Assembly: GCA_020184695.1 (NCBI GenBank)
Contig: JAANOX010000205.1
Location: 310,001 to 374,000, forward strand
Source: Histomonas meleagridis 2922-C6/04-290x
Taxonomy: Eukaryota > Protista > Parabasalia
DNA length: 64,000 nucleotides
Direction of reading: 5' to 3'
Part shown: piece after piece, positions 55,795 to 64,000 of the stretch
How positions within the stretch are numbered: position 1 is the stretch's first letter
Layout of the letters: each line of letters starts with the position of its first letter
Program-made: the position numbers and the translations under genes
The notes under the pieces: generated by a model
The model's input: only the letters and a program-made list of their open reading frames with translations
Databases searched by the model: none
What the model was told of the DNA's origin: nothing

Positions 55795-56124
55795 ATGCAT
55801 TTAAATAAAAAGGGATCTTTTTAAAAATGTTTTTGTACTATCTCTATTGGTATTGACCAAAATTAAAATAAAAATAATTGTAAGCTTTGTTGATTATACA
55901 TATGAAGTTTGCGGTTCGTTGCTCGATTGTGAGCTTTACTCATACGATATACTTCTATGTGATTTGATCGGTATATAAATCGAGTATGTTTGTTTGGGAC
56001 ATCAGCGTGTTCTGATCATTTCAGATACAAACTGTATGAATATGTAATTAATAATATTTCATATTTTAAATAATTATTGAATACAATAAGTTATATAAAA
56101 ATATTATCATAATATAATTTTTAG

Positions 56125-56259
56125 AATTATACAAATTTATTTAAAAAAAAAAATATCTTTCAGATAAAATTTCATGAAATAATTATCATTGTCTCCGTTT
56201 CGCTTCAATTTTAAATTCTTAAAAACAACTTTAAGTACTGTTGTACTTCGGGGATACTT
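56125..56259 (-). repeat. Dispersed repeat family 2, second copy
   Basis: Reverse complement of 26849-26970 with scattered substitutions. Confidence 0.8.
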
Positions 56260-56392
56260 GTATACATTATTTAAAATTAAGTCAAATGAATTCTTCTGAT
56301 CCTTTAAAACGGTCACCATGAAATAAAAACGTTTAAACTTATGGAAAGTGACAAATAAGTACGTTATTACTTGGTAAAAAGTTTTGACTACA

Positions 56393-56689
56393 ATGACTGA
56401 GGAACAAATTCCAGAATGGCGAAAAGCTTTTAATTACCCCCTGGTTGTAGAGACTGACTTAGACGAGGATTTACAGTCAGAAATTTTTGATCTAATAGGA
56501 ATGGCAATTGATAGAGCTCAGGGAAATCTCGAAGTTTGCTCAAAATCAATCAAGGCAGATATGGACAATAAAATGGGACCGAGCTGGAATGTTGTTATTG
56601 GTGAAAACTTTTCACATTATGTAACTTACACAAAAAACATGCTTTTTGCTTATTTTGGCGGAAACCTTGGCGTATTAATTTGGAAGTAA
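56393..56689 (+). CDS. DNAL4: Axonemal dynein light chain 4 (LC8 family)
   Basis: YPLVVETDL..IKADMDNKMGPSWNVVIGENF..MLFAYFGGNLGVLIWK. Confidence 0.85.
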   Translation: MTEEQIPEWRKAFNYPLVVETDLDEDLQSEIFDLIGMAIDRAQGNLEVCSKSIKADMDNKMGPSWNVVIGENFSHYVTYTKNMLFAYFGGNLGVLIWK

Positions 56690-56942
56690 ATCACTTTATA
56701 GATTGTTCATTTTCTTTTTATAAATGCAATATATTTTGAAATTTATTCACCTAATATCATGTTTCAGCGTTACCAACAAACTGTATACGAAAAAAATAAT
56801 TTGTTTCATACTTTTTAATATGTTATAAGCAGATTTATAAAATATTGATGTTAATCAATTTCCTCTTATATCAAAATAAAAATAAATTGTTACGATTAAA
56901 CATAAAATTTTATTAAGAAATTAACTTCAAAAATAATTTTAT

Positions 56943-57830
56943 TCAATGTCTATTAGGTCTAATCTTTTCATAATCCAGAATAGAATCTAGCGAAGCTTGT
57001 TTTTGCTCTAGCATTTTCATCATCTGTCTGTCCTTCTTTGACTTTGGTATTCTGTGCATTGTTTCTTCTTCGATTTCTTCGATTTCTTTCATTCGTTTAA
57101 GAAATTCTTTCATTTTCTTGCTCGCTGCTGCTTTTCGTCCTGCTTCTTGTGGGCCATCGTTTATCTCTGCTGCAACTTCATCCATAAGCATTGATTGTTT
57201 TGCATGTGCTTTCATTGTACGAGCATATTTGGCTTCCTTGACTTGGTCTTCATGAGCTTGTGGATACAAAGAAGACATGACTTGAGGTGGCTGATATTGA
57301 GAACTGACAAATCTTTCCTCATCTTCGCCATATTCTTGATCAGCTAACATTGATGATGGATTTGCACGAAGTGCCATCGATTGATTCTTCTCAATTTCTT
57401 TGTATTTCTGGAGTTGGTACTGAAGTTGGTTTTCAAGTGGTTTAATCTTTTCAAGAACACACTTATTTGATACAAGAGAATCAACAGCTGGAGTTATATC
57501 AGAACCAGTTGTTTTAGCTACCATGAATTGAGCAAGGTTTTCAAGGTATTCAAGAAGGCAATGGTTGCGAACCTGTAATAATGAAATGCCATCAATACTC
57601 CCTTCTTCATTATTCCTAATCTTTTCATATATTTTGTCAAAATATTCGTTGGCTTGATCCATCTTAGCTTGAAGACTTCTAAGGTGAGTAAGAAGATCAA
57701 GTTTTTGGTCTGCTGCAATTTTGATGTAATCAACTTTTGGTATAATTTGGGTCTCTTCTGTTGTTTTAACGTCATGTTTAATTGTATCTTTGATAGTAAC
57801 GCCTGAAAATAGTTCTATTTCGTCATCCAT
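56943..57830 (-). CDS. NGDN: Neuroguidin/Lcp5 (Sas10/Utp3/C1D family) SSU processome factor
   Basis: GISLLQVRNHCLLEYL, VLEKIKPLENQLQYQL, LRANPSSM and YQPPQV. Confidence 0.8.
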   Translation of the reverse strand: MDDEIELFSGVTIKDTIKHDVKTTEETQIIPKVDYIKIAADQKLDLLTHLRSLQAKMDQANEYFDKIYEKIRNNEEGSIDGISLLQVRNHCLLEYLENLAQFMVAKTTGSDITPAVDSLVSNKCVLEKIKPLENQLQYQLQKYKEIEKNQSMALRANPSSMLADQEYGEDEERFVSSQYQPPQVMSSLYPQAHEDQVKEAKYARTMKAHAKQSMLMDEVAAEINDGPQEAGRKAAASKKMKEFLKRMKEIEEIEEETMHRIPKSKKDRQMMKMLEQKQASLDSILDYEKIRPNRH

Positions 57831-58100
57831 AAATTTTGGTAATGGTCATGAGAGCTTTAACGGTCTCTTATATTCATGAAAAATTTTTAAATTTAAAATT
57901 TTTATAAGAGAAACTAAATGATTTAGTGATATATTGAAATACATAATAATCTTTTGTAATGTTGAATTTCAACATTTTTAAATTAAATCTTTGGAATAAA
58001 AAATTTCATCAAAATTTTATTTATTCTTTTTTTAACATTAACAAAAAAAAATATTTTTATACAATAACTTACTTTTATAAAAGAGAAAATTGTTTTTAAG

Positions 58101-58772
58101 TTAATAGTCATTATTCCTTCCTTTCAAAAAATTTTCAAAAATTGTTGAAAATTGTTTGGGGATAAAATAAAACATCCGCGGTCCATCTTTCGTTTCAAGC
58201 CCTATTGATACGTACTGGTCATTATAGCCGCCAATGTCTTGTGGAATAATTTTGTGTGATTTAATATCTGTCAAAAAAATTCTTTCAGGATCACCAACAA
58301 CTGGTTGAACCCACATAGCTTCAGATTCCACGGAAAGTTTAGCTTCATTTCCATTCATATCATATATTGAAAACGGTGAAGATGGAAATATATTAATTGG
58401 CGTTTTGCTACCTTGCATGCATCCTTGAGGAGGACCCTTCTCAATTATTTCTGGCTTTAAGTTAAACTGATCATTTGTTCCTAAAATTTTTGCTGATCGC
58501 TTTTTTGTTGAATTTCTTCTTTTAGATTTCTGTTTTTCTTCTTTAGAAGTATTGCTCATTAACATTATTCTACACCCTGATTTTATTTCAAAGTCTTTGA
58601 GTTTAGATTTTGGATTTTTTGTGATTATTTTTCCATTGTAAATTAATTTTTGATTAGTTGTGCGAACTGGAAATTTTTTGGCTATTTCTTTTCGTAATTG
58701 CACTACTGATGGATTTGCGCCTTTTATATGTATGGTATCACGTTGGTTCTGGAAATGGACAATTACTTCCAT
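58101..58772 (-). CDS. Ubiquitin-like domain protein
   Basis: N-terminal UBL (SVVQLRKEIAKK..NQKLIYNGKII..LKDFEIKSGCRIMLM) and an unrecognised C-terminal domain. First ATG is at 58772. Confidence 0.75.
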   Translation of the reverse strand: MEVIVHFQNQRDTIHIKGANPSVVQLRKEIAKKFPVRTTNQKLIYNGKIITKNPKSKLKDFEIKSGCRIMLMSNTSKEEKQKSKRRNSTKKRSAKILGTNDQFNLKPEIIEKGPPQGCMQGSKTPINIFPSSPFSIYDMNGNEAKLSVESEAMWVQPVVGDPERIFLTDIKSHKIIPQDIGGYNDQYVSIGLETKDGPRMFYFIPKQFSTIFENFLKGRNNDY

Positions 58773-59208
58773 TACCAATTGCCACTTTTTAAAATACCAA
58801 AAACGATAAACGTTGACACAAAAAACGTTAAGATATAATCAACGCGGAAAACGTTCAGACGTTTTATATCACAGTTTTTGAAATTAATATTAATTTTTTT
58901 ACAATGATTGTTTAAAGTTTAATGATCAAAAAATGAAGATTATATAAGTTGTGAACCATGTCACCCAGAAATATTTGGCTTTCATATAAAATATTGATAA
59001 ATTTCAATCTGATGAAAGAAGTTTCATGGATTATTTGATAAAAACATTGAACTTCCTTCAGATGTTTTGTGTATATCAAAAATCGATCATTCTACATTCA
59101 AAAATGCAGCACTCATTCTAATTTTATAGTTTTAATGAAAAATCAGGACCATGTGTCCTCAGTCCTAAATAAAGTTAATGAAATAATATTTGTCTTTGAT
59201 TATTTCAA

Positions 59209-61324
59209 TTAAAAAAAAAAATCATTTTCCCAAAGCATGGCATTCCTAGATGCATACATAAGAGCTGTATTAAATAATTTAATTAATGACCAAATATTAT
59301 TTTGAAATTTTAAATAAAACAAAATATCTTTAGCATTAATATCAATTCCTTCTTGTTCAAGAATTAATTTAACTATTTCTGTATGACCACGATAAGATGC
59401 TCTAATAAGTGCTGTATAAAATAATTCAAATAATTTTCGAATATTATTTTGAAATCCAAAATTATCAAAATAAATATAAAATAAAACAAATAAATATCTT
59501 TAGCATTAATATCAATTCTTTCTTGTTCAAGAAGTAATTTAACTATTTCTGAATGACCATTTTCAGATGCATAAATAAGTGCTGTTTCAAATAATTTAAA
59601 TAATTTCTAAATATTATTTTGAAATATAAAATTATTATAATAAATATAAAATAAAACAAATAAATATCTTTAGCATTAATATCAATTCCTTCTTGTTCAA
59701 GAAGTAATTTAACTATTTCTGTATGACCATTTCTAGATGCATACATAAGTGCTGTCCAAAATAATTTAAATAATTTCCAAATATTATTTTGAAATAAAAA
59801 ATTATTAAAATAAATTTCAAATAAAACAAATAAATACCTTTAGCATTAATATCAATTCCTTCTTGTTCAAGAAGTAATTTAACTATTTCTGAATGACCAT
59901 TTGAAGATGCTAAAATAAGTGCTGTATTAAATAATTTAAATAATTTTCAAATATTATTTTGAAATATAAAATTATTAAAATAAATTTCAAATAAAACAAA
60001 TAAATACCTTTAGCATTAATATCAATTCCTTCTTGTTCAAGAAGTAATTTAACTATTTCTATATGACCATTTAAAGATGCTAAAATAAGTGCTGTTCGAA
60101 ATAATTTAAATAATTTCCAAATATTATTTTGAAATTTTACATTATTAAAATAAATTTTAAATAGAACAAATAAATATTTTTAGCATTAACATCAATTCCT
60201 TTTTGTTTTAAAACGTATTCAACAAGTTCAATATTTCCTGATACAGATGAAAATACCAATATATCATGCGGAATTGAATAATCTTTAAGAAAATATTCAA
60301 CTAAAAAAATATTTCCATTAATTGCTGCTTCATTAATAATGTTATCATTGATTTTCATTCCTTCTTTAACTAAAAATGAAAATATATCATAATTGCGATA
60401 TAAAATACAAAATTTTCCTAATTTTTCTAAATTATCAATTTCTTGAATTTTATTCTCATAAAGATATTTAAAAATATCATTTCGATGGAACTCAATTGCT
60501 GCTTCATATGCATCTTTAAATGATGAGTGATTTTGTTCACATAAATGAATTATTTCTTCATTTCCACCTGCAACTGCATATTTACCTGTGTTATCTATTT
60601 TAGAACTATTCATAAGTAAATATTTAAAACATTTAACTGAACCAAAAAATGCTGCATAATCAATTAATGTAACATTTTCTTGATTAACAAATGAATGTCT
60701 TTCATAAAGTGATGGTTCAATTGTTTGATTAAAATCAAAATTTGCTTGTAATGATATTTCTTGAAGTTTTTCTATTTCATCATTTCGAATTATTTTCGCA
60801 ATTTCATTCGGATTATGTCCTTCTTTAACATATTTCTTATGAAGTTCCCAATCATTATTTGAAAGTTCTTCATAATTTACAAAATCATGTTCCCTTAAAT
60901 AAATTGCTAATTTATCTTTAGACATATAATGTACAAAATAAGCACTATGGTTGTTTTTTACAATGTTTGGTTCAAGAAAATTATGTTCAATCATAGCTTC
61001 AAGAAGATAAGATGATTCATTTGAATTTTTATTATTAAGAAATTGCCCAAATACATCAAATATATTAGATTTGATTTTATTACACTCTTCAAATGTTCTT
61101 ATTTCTTTTATAATATTTAAAAATAAATCTATGTTATTGTTTTTAATTACAAAGGAATAATATATCATTTGAATAATCATGAAATCATAAGATAAAGGAT
61201 GGATTTCATCAAATTTGCTGATTATTAAACCTAAAGATCTAGAGAAATTTTCTTCATTCAAACTAAAAATTGCTTGATTTATTGATAGAAGTGTTTCCCA
61301 GTCGCATAGTTCCTTTGGCCTCAT
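59209..61324 (-). CDS. DUF3447-type N-terminal region plus 6 ankyrin cassettes interrupted by inserts (locus C)
   Basis: An intact 395-aa ORF runs into the first insert and stops at 60137. Five full stop-free cassettes and one truncated cassette follow, ending at a stop at 59209-59211. A full-length product requires removal of the inserts. Confidence 0.7.
59230..60240 (-). repeat. Ankyrin cassette / insert array, locus C, exact 170-bp period
   Basis: TAGCATTAA recurs at 59331, 59501, 59671, 59841, 60011 and 60181. Asp-to-Thr spans are 83 nt five times, then 60 nt. Confidence 0.95.
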
Positions 61325-62882
61325 GTGGAAAATCCGTTAATAACGGATATTTCAATTCAAATTTTAAAATTGAAAAGTATAAACTAGTGAAAAAGTTGGA
61401 TTATTCAGCAAAAATGAAGGAATTCATAAAGTAAAATAATAAAAGGCTTATTTTGATCACCAATTAAAAGTATATTCCAAATTATTAAAACATATTTCAA
61501 ATCATTAAAACAGAACGGAGTTGACCAACGATCCTCCTTACATAATTCCTTTTGAAAACAAGGACAAAATAATAAATAAATAATTTATTTAACAGAAAAT
61601 TTGAGACAAAAATTCAATTCCGTTAAACTCCAAATTAGACTTAAACAACGACTGGTTATTGTTCTCTTCGTATTCCTTTATGTACAATGTCTTTATATTC
61701 GACACAACATAGTTATATAATATGAAAGCAATTTCATCAGATAAATTGTTGGAAGATACCAATCGTGGAACACCATTCTACAATATAAAAATCTGAATAG
61801 TGCTGTGTCATTACATGAACTTGTTGAATACATGTAACACATTATGTGATAAAATGATTCAAATATTTAAAATGGATGCCCATGAAAATTTTCTCCCTCA
61901 TAGCCTGTAGATACACTTCCAGTGAAATAAAAATAAAATTATGTATTTTTTGAATATATGATTTGGAAATTTCAAATTAAAAGAAATTTTATATTTTTAA
62001 CAGACTTTATTGTCTTCTTCGGATTAACCTTTGTTTGACATTCCTGATTAGAATACAAGCTTAAAGTTATATGAAGATTTGGAATGTAAGGTTCTTTTTT
62101 CGTTTTTTTGTAAACATTTGAAAGATTGTATACATTATTCAAAAATTGAGTACCTTTTTTTACAATTCATATTAACGGACAACTGCATTCAAAACAAATA
62201 AATTGTTTATTGGTTTTTTTCTGGAAAATTATAGTTTTTTTTCCAAAATGATCCCATAACATTCCATTATATTATTTATTTTGAATAAAAAATGCAATGC
62301 ATTACATAATCTTTATTATATCATAAAACGAAATAAACATTTAGAAATGTATAAAATTTCAATTTACATGTTATTATTTGATTTCGAAATATGTATTAAA
62401 AAATAATATTGAGAATTTCAGGTTCGGTAGAATCATATTTTTTCATTCTAACAAAATAATCTTTTTCTCAAAAAATGATTTCATTTATGTTTCAAATGGG
62501 TGGAGTAAATTTGTAAAAATATATTATATTATAGATATTCTATAAGCAAATTTTAACTGTGAATGGTTTATGATGGAATTTTATGTTTTTAACGAAACTT
62601 AATACGAACATAAAAAATATGGAAACAAAGTTAGAATTTTGCTGAATGGGAAAAGTTTTTATCTCTAAAGTACATTGCTTTAGACTCGAAAAACTACTTC
62701 TTTAGCGGACAGATTTCGACCGTTTAAAATCCTAACACCCAGTGTGTTTGATTCCATTTTGTATGAAGCCATGATATCGTCAAAGCACGTGCTTTATGAT
62801 GATACTACTAACATAAACATATGAGATAAAAATTTGAATCATCAATCAATTTACATGAAATTCAAAATTACTTTTAAATAAA

Positions 62883-62970
62883 GGAATTGATGTTAATGCA
62901 AAAAATATTCATTTTAATAATTTGGAATATGTTTTAATAATTTGAAACAGCAATTGAAATTGCTAAAATG
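62883..62970 (+). pseudogene. Isolated ankyrin/insert remnant (locus D)
   Basis: GIDVNAKN, then a 43-nt span with a TTTGGAA..TTT core, then ETAIEIAK. Confidence 0.6.
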
Positions 62971-64000
62971 TTGATATAAACATCGAATAATATGAAAATC
63001 ATCAAAATCACAATATATATTACAACGCTTTACCTATTGACAAGTATATTCACAAAGCAAAATGGAAATACATAAAAAATACAATAATATTATAAAGAAT
63101 TGATGAGATGAATAACGAGGAAAAATTATGAAAGACCTTAATAGGAATATGAAAAAATAAGTGATAATTTGATATAATACTTTATTTTATGATTAAACAA
63201 ATAATTTCTTATCTATGTTAATATCATTTTCTGTTTCTTCATATGATTCCTTATTTTGAAGATTGATTTGAATAATTATTATTGTAATTATAACTATAAC
63301 AACAACTGCTGTAATTACGGTCTCAATAACAACACTACAAAGATCACACACAGGTTTTTTGTAACAATCGCTTTGGGTTCATTGATTTTTGATATCTGCA
63401 CTTGTTCATAAGGTATTTCTTTCTTATTTAAATAATGATTTCAATGGTTGCATCATCGATTAGAAAACGCAACAGTTTAATTTCCATTTTACAAAAGTTA
63501 TTCTTAAACTATTGACTTTTTGACTTTACCATGCTTGGAAGGACATAAAATAGATATACTATCAGAATTTACATTAAAATGAATTTTTTGATAACAATTT
63601 TATTGATTTAATATTTGATTAGCCCATTCGTTATATCATATTTAATTCGGTACCCTGGTGAACTTATAAATAGACAAAGAATAATAACATGGTACTTCCT
63701 AAGGAGGGTGCACTGTTTTTCCTATTTTAATTTAATGCTGAAAAAATAATGTTTGAAACGCGTTTGATTTCTATATGACATATCATGTGAAATTAAATTT
63801 CTGGGAAAATCTGCTAACATACAAATATGCATGTTAAATCAGTACCAAGTATTAGAAACATCCCAATACCAAATTGGGAATCTCGGCATTAAATGCAAAG
63901 AAAGCAGGAAATTGGACTTATTTTTTTTGAAAAAAATCGAAAGCGACCTATTAATCTTTCTAACTTATACAAAAAATCAAATTTAAATATAACAAACCCA

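Noticed and set aside
1193-57775. Short 60-190 aa ORFs overlapping long genes (e.g. 1193-1465, 22475-22825, 39188-39523, 47110-47526, 47671-48231, 55130-55372)
   Set aside because: These are shadow or antisense frames of real genes, with no motifs.
59780-59830. Conserved RNA hairpin (TTATTTGAAAT / ATTTCAAAATAA) defining the insert
   Set aside because: It is present in some copies but broken without compensation in others (TTATTTTATAT), and such pairing is expected by chance at this AT content.
59750-59840. Canonical GT-AG intron from GGTATT to the ACAG of the Thr-Ala codons (86 nt, in frame)
   Set aside because: GT at this position occurs in only 3 of 18 junctions. Several cassettes start ACT GC or ACA CTT with no AG. 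Splicing here would delete the conserved D-x-x-x-x-T hairpin.
59416-60178. Programmed -1 frameshift at T TTA AAT inside the insert
   Set aside because: The heptamer is in the right frame in several copies. However, the first insert of locus C has an upstream in-frame TAA (60137-60139), another copy reads T TTG AAT, and the product would carry about 23 hydrophobic residues between repeats.
61400-62300. Stop-interrupted minus-strand frames resembling a decayed gene
   Set aside because: No recognisable domain, so a product call cannot be supported.

Overview
A very AT-rich eukaryotic window that looks parabasalid, most like Tritrichomonas. This is an inference from Initiator-like TCAYTTCA elements just upstream of ATGs, several stops embedded in TAAA, an IBD-family transcription factor, DUF3447-type ankyrin genes, and a TQSNT-repeat surface protein. 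Intronless housekeeping blocks encode a PAK kinase, a USP, TOR-like and TRRAP-like PIKK pseudokinases, a Rab, a PX protein, CHMP7, an ARM protein, spatacsin, DNAL4, neuroguidin and a UBL protein. Accessory zones contain a bacterial-type GT11 fucosyltransferase, an LRR-ADP-ribosylglycohydrolase fusion, a two-domain saposin, a bacterial-like surface protein, a young Mutator (MULE) transposon with perfect 76-bp TIRs, and two dispersed repeat families. The standout is in the DUF3447-ankyrin genes (25.4 kb, 28-29.5 kb, 59.2-60.2 kb, remnant at 62.9 kb). Every ankyrin repeat is separated from the next by an AT-rich insert, usually 68 nt beyond a 34-aa repeat, giving a 170-bp unit. The insert breaks the frame, carries stops in different frames in different copies, and has no conserved GT-AG. 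The ankyrin cassettes themselves stay stop-free and vary at binding-surface positions. This pattern suggests an undescribed non-canonical intron, DNA-excision or cassette system. The mechanism cannot be determined from DNA alone.
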